Part shown: positions 46,243 through 58,260 of the stretch, one piece after another
How the letters are laid out: the number at the start of each line of letters is the position of its first letter
Position numbering within the stretch: position 1 is the first letter of the stretch
Source: Pseudobdellovibrionaceae bacterium
Lineage (GTDB): Bacteria > Bdellovibrionota > Bdellovibrionia > Bdellovibrionales > Bdellovibrionaceae
Length of the DNA stretch: 58,871 nt
Direction: 5' to 3'
NCBI GenBank assembly: GCA_019637895.1
Contig: JAHBUU010000001.1
Coordinates: forward strand, 1-58,871
The notes under the pieces: model-generated
Database searches by the model: none
Told to the model about the DNA's origin: nothing
Seen by the model: only the letters and a program-made list of their open reading frames with translations
Program-made: the position numbers and the translations under genes

Positions 46243-47142
46243 ATGAAGTCGATTCTGTTCGGAATCCTTTGCCTATTGCTTCCCATGACCGGGATGGCCG
46301 CCGATGGCGCGCCCAAATTCGTCATTGTCAGCGATATCGACGATACGATCCAGAAGAGCCAGATTCATTGGAAACTGAATCCGATCGCCTTCGCGAAAAA
46401 CCTGTTCTCGTTCCATGATGCCTTCGTCGGGATGCCCGCGCTCTATAACACCCTCGCCGCCAACGGCATCGATTTCCACTACGTGACCGCCGCTCCAAAG
46501 TTCCTGAGTTTCCTGCCTAGAAAGTTCCTGGAAACATCGGGATTCCCAGTGGGCCCTCTGTGGACCAGAGACTCGGTCCGCGATCCCATGGCTGACTACA
46601 AAGAAATGAAAGTCATTGAGCTGATGAAAGCCAATCCAGACGCCCTGTTCATCCTGGTCGGCGACAACGGCGAAAAAGACGTCCACGCCTACAAACGAGT
46701 CCAAGACCATCCCGAATTCGGAAAACGAGTCGCACTGACCTTCATCCACAAACTCTACGACGACAAAACCGGAAGCCCCCTAGAGCCCGGCCAAAAACCC
46801 TATATCTCGACCGCCGAAATCACCTTGGATCTGCGTGAGGCTCAACTGCTGAACGACAGATCCACCGAAGCCATCCTGAAACAAGTCGAAAGAGGCCTAC
46901 AAAGCTCCTCCGCAAAAATCGAAAACCTGACCATCCCCGAGTACGCCAACTACGACCAAAACTCGATCAAGGCCCTCGCCACCCGAGCCCTCAACGAACC
47001 CAACCCCGAAATCCGCCGCCTCATCTTCTCGATCACCACCTCGATGAACGAAAGACTCAACCCCACCGAACGCAATGCCCTCCCAAGATTCCTCGAACAA
47101 AAATCATTAAGAATCGGCCACTGCTCAAAAGCCCTGCTATAA
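46243..47142 (+). CDS. App1-like phosphatidate phosphatase / DUF2183 (HAD-like DxDxT)
   Basis: Signal peptide, then 'FVIVSDIDDTIQKS' (DxDxT), 'YVTAAPKFL' and 'ILVGDNGEKDVHAY'. Confidence 0.65.
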   Translation: MKSILFGILCLLLPMTGMAADGAPKFVIVSDIDDTIQKSQIHWKLNPIAFAKNLFSFHDAFVGMPALYNTLAANGIDFHYVTAAPKFLSFLPRKFLETSGFPVGPLWTRDSVRDPMADYKEMKVIELMKANPDALFILVGDNGEKDVHAYKRVQDHPEFGKRVALTFIHKLYDDKTGSPLEPGQKPYISTAEITLDLREAQLLNDRSTEAILKQVERGLQSSSAKIENLTIPEYANYDQNSIKALATRALNEPNPEIRRLIFSITTSMNERLNPTERNALPRFLEQKSLRIGHCSKALL

Positions 47143-47199
47143 AAAAAGCCCATCAAGCAAAGGCTCAAGACCTCTTCCCAAAGACCATCGCCTCACAAC

Positions 47200-47410
47200 T
47201 TTTCTTTTCCGCCACTGCGGGGCCTGCGGCTGCCAGGGGCTCTGTGCCTTTTGCGGGATATCCGGGAAGCGTGACGCGTTTTTCACTCTAGGAACGCCGC
47301 TAGGCGATCCTAGAGTGAAAATCCCGGTCATAGCTCAAGGACGAGCGGGTCCCGCAAAAGGCACAGAGCGCCCGGAGCGGCCCGAGGCCTCACACAGGCG
47401 GAAAAGAAAA
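47200..47410. repeat. ~210-bp imperfect palindrome (long hairpin-forming element) in a convergent intergenic region
   Basis: There are three perfectly complementary arm pairs: 47200-47213/47397-47410 (14 bp), 47240-47258/47350-47368 (19 bp) and 47280-47293/47308-47321 (14 bp). The central pair extends to a 19-bp stem with 1 mismatch and a GCTA loop. Partial complementarity lies between the pairs. Confidence 0.75.
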
Positions 47411-47431
47411 TTTGCGTTCAAGCAGTGACGA

Positions 47432-47464
47432 GGAAAAAGCAAAAGGCCCCCAAAAGGGAGCCTT
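47432..47464 (-). terminator. Rho-independent terminator of the metalloprotease gene
   Basis: On the minus strand: AAGGCTCCC-tttt-GGGGGCCTT, followed by TTGCTTTTT. It begins about 30 nt after the stop at 47495. Confidence 0.55.
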
Positions 47465-47494
47465 CCGTTTCTCAGAAAGAGAAGAAGTCAGGAT

Positions 47495-48463
47495 TTAGAA
47501 GCGACGGAATGCAGGCTGGTCAAGTTGACCTTTGAACCAGCAAGTCGGACGAGCCGCTTCTTTCATGCCTTCGACAGCGAAGCAAGTGTACTTCATCGAT
47601 TCAGCTTCAGCGTCTTTGCTGTTTTGGCCTTTTGCATGGCCTTTACCAGGGATGACGTTGAGGTCGAAAGGTTTGTTACACAGAGATCCCGCGAAGTAAG
47701 TGTCCAAACGGCACTGAGCGCGAGGATGTTGTGTGTTTGTGCGAGTCACAACGGTGGTGTCCGGAGTCTCGAACTGAGGTTGTTTTTCGCGGCCCAGAGC
47801 TGCGAGAAGGCTGGCGAGCGAGTGACCACCGGCTGCCGCACGTACACACCATCCTTGTTGATTGGTGTTGGACGGGAATGCGTTTCCACAAGCCTGTTGA
47901 ACAGACGGTGGAACGTTGCGGATGCGACGGAAGCTTTCGTTTTGACGGAACTCGTTCCCCCAAACGACTTTCGCACAAACGTTGGTTGCCCAGTAGTCGG
48001 ACTGACCTTCGGTCGATGCCCAGTTGTTATCACCGTAGAACACGTATCCGCCGAAGTGGTGACCCAATTCATGGCAGACAACCAGAGCGAAACCGTCTGG
48101 AGTGACTTCTGGACGACGAGCGAGACCACCGTACATTTCGATGTTCCAAGTTTTGCCAGACTGATAGGCAACCGCGTTCACGGTGCTGTCATTCCACAAC
48201 TTGTGAGCAACGAGTTTAACACCCTTGGCAGCCGCGATTGGCTCCCAGTGCTTCACAACATTATCAACGATTTCGTTGAACTGTTCTTCCGTGATTTGGG
48301 ACGTGCGCTCGACACGGTCCATTTGGTGCGCGCCATTCGGCGGCATGAACGTCTTCACTTGCGGATTGCCGTAGTTTTCGTAACCAGGGCGTGGACCGCG
48401 CAATTGGGCCATGCCGATCGAGCCAGCGAGCAGAATCGTAGATGCAATCAATGCTTTCAACAT
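47495..48463 (-). CDS. secreted zinc metalloprotease (HExxH)
   Basis: The ATG at 48463 has SD AAGGAGGGG upstream. Signal peptide 'MLKALIASTILLAGSIGMA'. Zn motif 'VVCHELGHHFGG'. Multiple Cys residues suggest disulfides. Confidence 0.8.
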   Translation of the reverse strand: MLKALIASTILLAGSIGMAQLRGPRPGYENYGNPQVKTFMPPNGAHQMDRVERTSQITEEQFNEIVDNVVKHWEPIAAAKGVKLVAHKLWNDSTVNAVAYQSGKTWNIEMYGGLARRPEVTPDGFALVVCHELGHHFGGYVFYGDNNWASTEGQSDYWATNVCAKVVWGNEFRQNESFRRIRNVPPSVQQACGNAFPSNTNQQGWCVRAAAGGHSLASLLAALGREKQPQFETPDTTVVTRTNTQHPRAQCRLDTYFAGSLCNKPFDLNVIPGKGHAKGQNSKDAEAESMKYTCFAVEGMKEAARPTCWFKGQLDQPAFRRF

Positions 48464-48626
48464 TAGGTACCCCTCCTTGGCCATGGGCCAAGACAAAAGC
48501 CTAGTGAGGAAATGAGATGAATCAAGATAAAAAAAACGATTCTTAAGAAAAATCTGACAAAAAGGGAGAAATCTAAACGCGGCGAATCGCAAAGCAGCGA
48601 GCGCACTTTCAATAGATTTCCATCTT

Positions 48627-49112
48627 TTAAGGCTGTTTTTCGGACCGAAGTTCGCGGCCCCAGAGAACGAAAACAAGTCCAAGCACGATGGCAAAATCGG
48701 CTACGTTGAACACGCCCGTGCGCAACCAACCTTGTCCAAGAATCAGAAAGTCAGTCACGCTGTCTTTCCACACCCGATCGATCAGGTTTCCGAACCCACC
48801 CGCCCAGATCATGGCAAGACCGAAGGTCGCGCGACGATCCCACGCTTTTCTTTTATAGAGCCAAGTGATGTAGGCCAGAGTCGCGACGACTCCGATTTGA
48901 AAGGCCCATTGCCGGGCCCCCGCCGACCAACCGGAGCCGAGACTTAAAAAAGCGCCGCTGTTTTCGACCGTCTCGAGATGAACCCAGTCGCCCAAAAAAG
49001 AAAAAGGGCCGGCTTTCAGCATCGGCCCTCTTGCGATCCATTTGGTGAGCTGGTCGATCAAAACCACCAGCCCGATCCAAATGACGACGATTTTCCAGGA
49101 GGTCTTTTTCAC
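48627..49112 (-). CDS. lspA: lipoprotein signal peptidase (signal peptidase II)
   Basis: 'DQLTKW', 'ENSGAFLSLG', 'GGFGNLIDRV', 'VTDF', 'FNVADFAI'. Confidence 0.9.
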   Translation of the reverse strand: MKKTSWKIVVIWIGLVVLIDQLTKWIARGPMLKAGPFSFLGDWVHLETVENSGAFLSLGSGWSAGARQWAFQIGVVATLAYITWLYKRKAWDRRATFGLAMIWAGGFGNLIDRVWKDSVTDFLILGQGWLRTGVFNVADFAIVLGLVFVLWGRELRSEKQP

Positions 49113-49113
49113 G

Positions 49114-50313
49114 TCAGTAGGTCACGTGGTGATTGATCGCCTCTTGGATACGTGGGTCTTTGACAGCGACCAGCGAGAACTTCGAGAAGAAGGTGATCAA
49201 ACCGATCAGGAACAATCCCGCGAAGAGCGCAAAGACACCGACTTCCCAGAATCCGAAGACCATGTGCCCGTGGAAGAAGTTTGGATAGATCATCCACCAG
49301 ATGTCCACGTACTGCATGATCAAAACGAGAACCGAGACCGCGATGACGTGACTTTCGTTTCGCTTGAGTCCGCGAGGGAGCAAAGCGATGAAAGGAACAA
49401 CAAAGCGGAACACGATCAGGGCCATCGAAACGCCCAACCAGCCATGCTGAGCCCGCATGATGTAGTATTCGGTCTCTTCAGGGATGTTTGCGTACCAGAT
49501 CAAAAGGAACTGGGAGAAAGCAATGTAAGCCCAGAAGATGGTGAAGCCCTTCATGTACTTCACGACGTCGTGAAGATGGTCATGAGTGACATAGCCTTTC
49601 ACGAAACCTTTTCGCTTCATGTAGATGATGATCAGACTCAGAACCGCGATCGAGCTCTGGAACAGACCCGCGAAAGTGTACACGCCGAAGATCGTCGAGT
49701 ACCAAGTTGGGAGCAAGCTCATCAACAAGTCCACGCTGAACAAAGAATAGGACAAAGCGAAGAACAGCACGAAGCCGACCGACAGGCCGACGTTCTTAAG
49801 GGTGCGCTCGACACGGCCGTCCGTATCCTGATGGATGGAGTTGCCGACGATGAACCACTTGAAGAGGAACCAACCCACCGCAAAGAGAATGATGCGGATC
49901 ACGAAGCCAGTGATATTCAGGTAGCCCGTTTTTGCAGCCACCATCGGACTGCCGGCGATCACGGCCTCGTCCATCCAGGGGAACAAAGTTTTTCCGGCCG
50001 CCACCAGAACCAACCCGCCAATCAGGATGAACGGAATGAAAGAGGTCATTCCTTCGGCGTACCGGCGAACGGTCACCGACCATCCCGAGTTCGCAATGTT
50101 ATGAATGGCCACGAAAAACAGACCACCCAAGCCCAAGCTGCTGAAATAAAAGAAAGCCGCCAGGTAAGATGTCCATGCGCGCTCTTGGTTTTTCATCAGA
50201 CCGACCACAAAAGTGATCAATCCGATGGCCAAGAGAGCATACGCGATGGCCTTCAAGCTCGAGGGAGCGACAAATTTTTTGACCTCAAGGTCATGATGAG
50301 CGTGATTCGCCAT
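49114..50313 (-). CDS. actF: alternative complex III subunit ActF (membrane quinol-oxidoreductase subunit)
   Basis: ~400-aa polytopic protein that ends the act cluster. The N-terminus 'HHDLEVKKF...' and the overall pattern are as in ActF. The call relies mainly on operon position. Confidence 0.7.
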   Translation of the reverse strand: MANHAHHDLEVKKFVAPSSLKAIAYALLAIGLITFVVGLMKNQERAWTSYLAAFFYFSSLGLGGLFFVAIHNIANSGWSVTVRRYAEGMTSFIPFILIGGLVLVAAGKTLFPWMDEAVIAGSPMVAAKTGYLNITGFVIRIILFAVGWFLFKWFIVGNSIHQDTDGRVERTLKNVGLSVGFVLFFALSYSLFSVDLLMSLLPTWYSTIFGVYTFAGLFQSSIAVLSLIIIYMKRKGFVKGYVTHDHLHDVVKYMKGFTIFWAYIAFSQFLLIWYANIPEETEYYIMRAQHGWLGVSMALIVFRFVVPFIALLPRGLKRNESHVIAVSVLVLIMQYVDIWWMIYPNFFHGHMVFGFWEVGVFALFAGLFLIGLITFFSKFSLVAVKDPRIQEAINHHVTY

Positions 50314-50321
50314 AGTTCTTC

Positions 50322-50882
50322 CTACTCAGCTTTCTTTTGGAGTTGGCGGATATAGTTCACGAGCTGCCAACGGTCTTTCTGAGGAACGTGGGACGCATAA
50401 GGGCCCATGATCCCCTGACCCATCGTGATGACGTGATAGAGATGACCATCCGTATAGGCACGAACCTTTGGTGTCAGCAGTGATGGCGGCTTGAGTGCCA
50501 TGAATTCAGTCACATGGTTCGCCGGAGCATCGCCTTTCAATCCGTGGCAGACCGCACAGTGCGTGTCGTAAGCCTTCACGCCCGTCCACAAAACCGCTTC
50601 GCTGGTGTCACCGGCGAGAGGGTTTTTGTTTTCTTTGGAGGCTTTCTCGATGTCGCTGCCGTATTTATAGGCTTCGAAACCAACGGGAACCGTGTTCTCG
50701 GGAGGAACGCGCATTCCAGACTGATGAGGAGAGCTTTCGTCGTACTCCTGGGATTTGATCGCCGGAGACTCCATCATATCCTGGATAAATTCGATATTCG
50801 GCTGATTGCCGCCCGAGCATCCGGCCAAAACCGAGACTGCCAAAGCGACGACGCCCATTTGAATGGTCAAAGTCGTCTTCAT
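50322..50882 (-). CDS. actE: alternative complex III subunit ActE (mono-heme cytochrome c lipoprotein)
   Basis: Lipobox 'LAGCSG', a single 'CAVCHG' heme site and a distal Met region 'ITMGQGIMGPY'. Confidence 0.8.
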   Translation of the reverse strand: MKTTLTIQMGVVALAVSVLAGCSGGNQPNIEFIQDMMESPAIKSQEYDESSPHQSGMRVPPENTVPVGFEAYKYGSDIEKASKENKNPLAGDTSEAVLWTGVKAYDTHCAVCHGLKGDAPANHVTEFMALKPPSLLTPKVRAYTDGHLYHVITMGQGIMGPYASHVPQKDRWQLVNYIRQLQKKAE

Positions 50883-51408
50883 TAGAACACCGCCACTTTC
50901 TTCACCTCAGCGGCCCCGAGGTCTTTGAACATCTGTTCGAGTTTTCCGGCGTCATAACCATGATCGTCGGAAGGAACAAAAATCGCGAATTTATGAGAGC
51001 TCAAATCCGGATCGATCATTGGCGGGTCGATCTTCGGCAGGCTGCACATATAACCGAAAGCCGCCAAAGACGTCAGCGCCGCGAACAAAATCGTCAACTC
51101 GAAGCAAACCGGAATGAACGCAGGCAAGCTGTTGAAAGGCTTACCACCGACGTTGATTGGCCAGCTGTAAGCGGATGTCCAGATCGTGAACCAGAGACCG
51201 ACGACCAATCCAACCACTCCCCCACCAAAGGTGAAGTAAGGCAGAATCGAGCGACGGATGCCCACCGCTTCTTCCATTCCGTGAACAGGATAAGGAGTGA
51301 TCGCATCGAATTTTTTCAAGCCGGCTTCGCGGCAACGAGTCGCCGCAGTCACGGTCAGATGCTCATCGAGGAAAATGGCGGCCAAACCGCCAATCTGTTG
51401 CTGTGCCA

Positions 51409-51409
<1 letters not shown>
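50882..51409 (-). CDS. actD: alternative complex III subunit ActD (DUF3341)
   Basis: 'FDAITPYPVHGMEEAVG' plus two TM helices. It is coupled on both sides by overlapping start and stop codons. Confidence 0.8.
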
Positions 51410-52772
<1,363 letters not shown>

Positions 52773-52776
<4 letters not shown>

Positions 52777-55700
52777 GCGTGTTCACCTTCTCCGTGAGCC
52801 TTTTCATGACGGGCATCTTTCCCGTTGTTGCGAATCTTCGTGAGATAACGAACAGCCGGAGCCGCGTTCCACTCTTCGAGGAGCAGATAAGCGCGTTCTT
52901 TTTTGAACATCTTCGAGACTTCGGAGTTTGGATCGTTCATATCCCCGAAGACGATTCCGCCAGATGGGCAAGCCGTCTGACAAGCCGTCTTGATCTCGCC
53001 GTCTTTCAACGGACGGTTTTCCTGTTTCGCTTGGTTCACACCCGCTTTGATCCGCTGAACGCAGAACGTGCACTTTTCCATGACCCCACGGGTCCGGACG
53101 GTGACTTCTGGGTTCAAAGCCATGTTCAACGGCTTTTCGATATCTTTGGTGTAGTTGAACCAGTTGAAGCGACGAACTTTGTACGGGCAGTTGTTCGAGC
53201 AGTAACGAGTTCCGACGCAGCGGTTGTAAACCATCGCGTTCAAACCGTCGTCCGTATGGACTGTGGCAAGAACCGGGCAAACCGTTTCGCAAGGAGCGTT
53301 GTCACAATGCTGACACAACATTGGTTGGAAAACCGTTTCGGCATTTTCCGGCGTGCCGACATAGTAACGGTCGATCCGCAACCAATGCATCTCGCGGCCC
53401 TGCAGAACGTATTTCTTGCCGACGACCGGGATGTTGTTCTCGGATTGGCAGGAAACCACGCAGGCGTTACAGCCTGTGCAAGAGTTCAGATCGATCGCCA
53501 TTCCCCATTTGTGCCCGTTGTATTGGTGACCGGACCACAAAGACCAGGCGTGATGGCGGTGGATGTTGGCGTCTTTTTTCTTTTGGTACTCTTTCAAAGT
53601 CGCTTCGACAACGATCTGACGACCTTCCATCGAGTGGTGACCTTGCGGATTCGCCAGGCTTTCCTTGCGACCCGTTTTCTTGATTTCAACTTTGGCACCG
53701 GCGGCAATCGCCTGCCCGTTCACAAAAGACAGGAACGGATACAGATTGCGTCCCACACCATTGGCAATTTTGCCCGCGTGAGTCCGGCCGTAACCGATCG
53801 CAACGGTCAGAACCTCATCGTGCAGACCCGGTTGAACGTTCACCGGCAGGTCGATCTTTTTATCGCCGACCGTGATCTCGATGACGTCGTTCGCCTTGAG
53901 ATTGTGTTTCTTGGCAAAGCCGATCGAAACGCTGGCGTAGTTATCCCAAGTGATCTTGGTGACGGGATCCGGGATCTCGTGCAGCCATGAAGCATTGGTG
54001 GCAGAGCCATCCCCCATCGTCACCGTCGGATAAAGAACCAATTCAGTGAAGTCGGACGCTTTGCCCGGCTTGATGGACGAGAAGGAATCCGCACGGAACG
54101 AACGTGCCCCGGCGCTATTCGGAGTCCCCACGAAGCCCTTTTGCAGAGCTTCACTCCAGAAGGCTTCGAAGCCCATGCCGCGTCCATATTTAGGAGCGAC
54201 CTCTTCGCGCCAAACGGTACGAACGTAGTCATAGAAAGTTTCGCTGTTTCTCAGGCGAGCCGGACCGACTTCGGCCAAACGAGCCCAGTTCATCAGAGCA
54301 GTTTGGAACGCACGGGTTTCGTACATTGGACGGATTGTCGGCTGTTGGATCATGACGACGCCGGCGACCGGCTCGGCATCTCCCCATGATTCAAGAGCGT
54401 GGTTGTCCGGAATGATGTAGTGAGCTTCGCCCGCCGTTTCGTCGACGCGATCAGCGGTCGAAACGACCATTTCAACTTTACGAACGGCTTCCGAGAAACC
54501 GTGTTCAGAGGAAAGGACATAACCTGGGTTCACGTTGTGCATGATGAGGGTTTTGACTTTGCCCTCTTTCATGTCCTTGATGAGCGTCAGGAGGTCGGCC
54601 CATGAGCCCTTCAGGCCTGGGTTCCCGCCCCGTCCTTCGACGGTCTTGCCGTCGTTTTCCAGAACGGAGTTCAAAAGATTGACCGCGATCTGGAGTTCAG
54701 TCGCTTTGGAAGTCAGGGTCGGCAAACCGCCCGCAACAACCAAGGATTGACCGCGTTTGTCCCACAGGTCTTCAGCAATCTGAGTCAGCAACGCAGGCTC
54801 GATGCCCAAGCGAGCGGCCGCACCGGCACCCGACTCGATCACGGATTTAACAGAGCCGTTTCCTGCATAAGAAGAACGACCTTTTTTCACCACGATCTCG
54901 TGCAAGAGGCCGAGAACGACATCCAATTGCTGCGACGGCTTGATTCGAACACGGATATCCGCATTCGCACCGGTCAGGGAGTAATTGGAATCAAAGACCA
55001 CCAAACGGGACATGGTTTCCGGTTCTTTACGACCTTCGGAGAACTGTTTCGAGAAGGTCATCGGCATCAGCCAAGCACCCAGGAAATCCGCATCGACGGA
55101 AACGATCATTTTCGCTTTGTCGAAACGATAGAATGGGATGCTGTCGTCGCCGTAAGAAGCTTTTTGTCCCTGACGAATTTCTTCGTGCGAGAGAGGTTCG
55201 AAAACCACGTGGCGAGCATTGAACGCCTGGCAGAAATCACGAATGACCGCCTGATTGGCGGGTCCCGTGACCGCGCCGGTCAAAACGACGGCTTGGCCTT
55301 TTTGCAGTTGTTTGGAAACTTCGCCGTCCATCGCATCCCAAGAGGTGCCGATGGTGTCTTTGTTCGTGCGTTTTTCGTTGAACAAGTTTTTACGAGGACC
55401 GCGCAAGCGCTCTGGATCGTAGAGGTTCAGGATCGAGCTTTGACCCTTGATCGAAACACCGCAGTTCAAAGAGTGATCGCCGTGGCCTTCGATCTTGATC
55501 GGACGGCCTTCGCGGGTTTTCACCAACAAGGCCATCGCTTCAGAGCCGTCGAAGTGGACCGAGCTGTAGTAGTTCGGAACGCCGAGGACGACTTCTTCGG
55601 GCTGTTTGTTATAAGGAACGATTTTTTGAACGGGACGGCGGATGCAGCCCGCGCTCGCCATTGCGAGCGACGCTCCCATGAGTTTCAGGAAGTCACGGCG

Positions 55701-55895
55701 AGCAACGCCGTCTTCAGCATCCCCTTCGCGCAGCGGAGACGACATGAACTCTTGCTCGGCGAGTTTCATGAACTCGGGATCCTGCTCGTAGTGTTCAAGG
55801 CTCAGCCAATAGTTGGTATCCCGCTCAATTTTCGGGCGAAGGGCTTTTTTTGCTTCAAGATCGTGATCGTGATGATCGTGATTTGTGTCCGACAT
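52773..55895 (-). CDS. actB: alternative complex III subunit ActB (fused molybdopterin-oxidoreductase-like + 4x FeS ferredoxin domains)
   Basis: Tat-like '[19 protein letters not shown]' and a large MopB-like region. The C-terminal FeS motifs are '[16 protein letters not shown]', '[14 protein letters not shown]', '[12 protein letters not shown]' and 'CTFCVQR'. The ATG at 55895 has SD GAGGGA upstream. Confidence 0.9.
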
Positions 55896-55903
55896 CTTAT
55901 CCC

Positions 55904-56449
55904 TCAGTGGTGGCAAGTCGTGCAGTTGAGAGGAGCGTTGTTCTCAGGTTGACGATGGCAGTTGATACACCAGCCCATACTGAGATCGGCATTTTGATAA
56001 ACCTTTTGCATCGTCTCAACCTGGCCGTGACAGGTCTGACAGTTCACACCACGACGAATGTGCGCGGAGTGATTGAACGTCACATGATCCGGGAGCATGT
56101 GAACACGCACCCAAGGAATGGACTCACCCTTCGAGTAGGCCTCGGCCAACTTTTGGATGTGCGGGCTGTCGGTCTTCACCTGCATGTGGCAGTTCATACA
56201 AGTCGACAACGCCGGGACGTTCGAATGCTTCGAGCGCTCCACTTGGTTGTGACAGTACTGACACTGAATCCCGTTCGTCGAAACGTGTAGCTTGTGATCG
56301 AATGGAATCGGTTGTTCAGGTGAATGACCTTTGTTGTAACCGAATCCAGGTTGCCATTTGCAACCCGTCAAGGACACGCCAAAGGCAAGACAAAGAAATG
56401 CGAGCCCCAACGTGGCTCTCACAGATGTTTTCAGAGGCATCATGCGCAC
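55904..56449 (-). CDS. actA: alternative complex III subunit ActA (penta-heme cytochrome c)
   Basis: Five CxxCH sites: CQYCH, CMNCH, CQTCH, CINCH, CTTCH. An N-terminal signal/anchor is present. Confidence 0.9.
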   Translation of the reverse strand: MRMMPLKTSVRATLGLAFLCLAFGVSLTGCKWQPGFGYNKGHSPEQPIPFDHKLHVSTNGIQCQYCHNQVERSKHSNVPALSTCMNCHMQVKTDSPHIQKLAEAYSKGESIPWVRVHMLPDHVTFNHSAHIRRGVNCQTCHGQVETMQKVYQNADLSMGWCINCHRQPENNAPLNCTTCHH

Positions 56450-56568
56450 CTATGCTGTTGATTTTGGTTTGCCCCCGATTTAAGCCCCTCTTCTGAGAAG
56501 CGGCAAGACCTTTTTGCAAACTGACTGAGAAACCGGCACCTTACCTCGAGTGGGCAAAGTGATGAATG

Positions 56569-56598
56569 AGACCCGTTCTCACTCGCAAGAACGGGTCT
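56569..56598 (-). promoter_or_regulatory. perfect 11-bp stem-loop between ccsA and actA
   Basis: AGACCCGTTCT (56569-79) pairs with AGAACGGGTCT (56588-98), with an 8-nt loop. It starts 10 nt after the ccsA stop. No clear U-tract follows on the minus strand. Confidence 0.4.
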
Positions 56599-56608
56599 TG
56601 CCTGAACT

Positions 56609-58258
56609 TTAGGCAGACTTTCCAGACGCTCTCTCGCGACCTCTCTGAAGAACCACGATGTAGAGCGTGAACAGAAGATGAACTCCGATGAAGGTCGCGA
56701 CATACTCGACACCACCCGCTCCGAATCCATAGGAATGAAGCCCCGCGCCAAGAACGAAGTTCACCCCGTACCAAGCCATGATCACCAAAGAGAAAGTCAC
56801 CACTGCCGCAACGATCATCCCGAGATCCTTCATCCAGTTCGTCAAACGCGCGTGAAGAACGGCGAGATAACCAAGCAACGCGATCAGAGCCCAAGTTTCC
56901 TTGGGATCCCAGCCCCAGAATCGGCCCCAACTGTAGTCCGCCCAAACGCCACCCAGGATAATTCCCGGCGCCAGGAAGGCCACGCCGATTTGCATGGAGC
57001 GATAGATCGCACTGACGATGCTCTTGATCTGCTGTCGGTTCTTGGTTGGGTCCTTTAAATAATAGAACAAACCAATGTCACCCAACACAAAGGCCAGGAA
57101 GAAGGCTGCATAAGAGATAGTGATCGTCATCACATGAACGATCAGCCAGTAGTTCGACCGGAGAACGGCCTCAAGAGGCTGCAGCGAGGGATCCAAAACC
57201 GCCGGAGCGGAGTCCGCCATCACCAAGCAAGCCCAGGCACCCAACGCCCCCGCCAGCAGAATGAATTTTGTCCGATTCAAGTATTCAAGGATCGCCGCGA
57301 ACAAGATCGCTCCCCATGCAACCCACACCACGGTTTCATACATATTGGCGACCGGGGGCCGTCCTGCCAAATAAACCCGCAGTCCGAACCCGTAGGTGTG
57401 CAGCAAGAATCCAACAATTACAAAAAACCATGAGGCTGGCATCAAGCCCTTGCGACCAAAGGCCCAGGACAACAACAGCAGAATCGACGCCAGCAAATAA
57501 CTGACATAGGCCAAGCGGAAGGGATGGAAATCCAGATAGTGGATTTCCATGGCGATCCGACTCGACGGAATGATCAACTGCGGATTCTCGGCCTGCTGCA
57601 GTTTTTCAAAACTGGCAACCGACTGATTCAAAGCCAAACCAGCTTCGGTGGCATCTGCGTTCGGATCCGCCTGCTTGGCGAGGTAGCTGACAAACTTTTC
57701 AGTGACATCCAAAAAGGCCGTTTGCACCGGCCCCTCGGGCAGCTCAGCGACCGACAACCATGTTTCACCCTCTTTCGGTGGGAACACGCGGAGCAGACGC
57801 CCCGAGGCCATCTCGCGGAAAACGAACCACTGATTTTCGATTCGTTGAAGAGCCTGGAAATAAGGCGTCAGCTTTTCTTTGCTTTCGCGCTTCACGCGCA
57901 AATCCTGCATCAGTTCCGGAAAACGCTCTTTCGCGAAGATTTCGTCGCCCTTGAACCAGCGGCGCGACGAATCGAGCCCCAGCGCATCCAAGATGTCTTT
58001 ATTACGAACCTCGAACAGCTCACGCTCAGCCCAAGCGGACGGTGCCAGCATCCAAGTCAGAACGACTTCCCAAGCGGCTTTCTTTTCAAAAGTTTTTTTG
58101 CCGTAGACGACCTCGAGAGTTTCCTGAGCGAAGGTGCTGTAAGGTTTGACCCGACCGCCATCCTGAACCGGCAGATAACGAAGCCCTTCACCGGGCCCTA
58201 TGGCGTTCGCGAACGAAGTCAGAAGCAGAACGGACAGCAGAAAAAAAGGTCTCAGCAT
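56609..58258 (-). CDS. ccsA: cytochrome c biogenesis protein CcsA (system II heme handling, long form)
   Basis: WWD-type motif 'WADYSWGRFWGWDPKETWALIALL' and conserved His in 'YLAVLHARL'. The long N-terminal periplasmic region has extra TM helices. The ATG at 58258 lies 2 nt after the ccsB stop. Confidence 0.85.
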   Translation of the reverse strand: MLRPFFLLSVLLLTSFANAIGPGEGLRYLPVQDGGRVKPYSTFAQETLEVVYGKKTFEKKAAWEVVLTWMLAPSAWAERELFEVRNKDILDALGLDSSRRWFKGDEIFAKERFPELMQDLRVKRESKEKLTPYFQALQRIENQWFVFREMASGRLLRVFPPKEGETWLSVAELPEGPVQTAFLDVTEKFVSYLAKQADPNADATEAGLALNQSVASFEKLQQAENPQLIIPSSRIAMEIHYLDFHPFRLAYVSYLLASILLLLSWAFGRKGLMPASWFFVIVGFLLHTYGFGLRVYLAGRPPVANMYETVVWVAWGAILFAAILEYLNRTKFILLAGALGAWACLVMADSAPAVLDPSLQPLEAVLRSNYWLIVHVMTITISYAAFFLAFVLGDIGLFYYLKDPTKNRQQIKSIVSAIYRSMQIGVAFLAPGIILGGVWADYSWGRFWGWDPKETWALIALLGYLAVLHARLTNWMKDLGMIVAAVVTFSLVIMAWYGVNFVLGAGLHSYGFGAGGVEYVATFIGVHLLFTLYIVVLQRGRERASGKSA

Positions 58259-58260
58259 TT

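Noticed and set aside
47137-47331. 64-aa - strand ORF in the 47.1-47.4 kb intergenic region
   Set aside because: It lies within the long palindrome, has no SD or motif, and is best explained as a chance ORF in structured non-coding DNA.
52779-55952. + strand ORFs of 403 and 401 aa opposite actB
   Set aside because: These are shadow ORFs. actB on the minus strand has a Tat signal, MopB-like and FeS motifs along its entire length.
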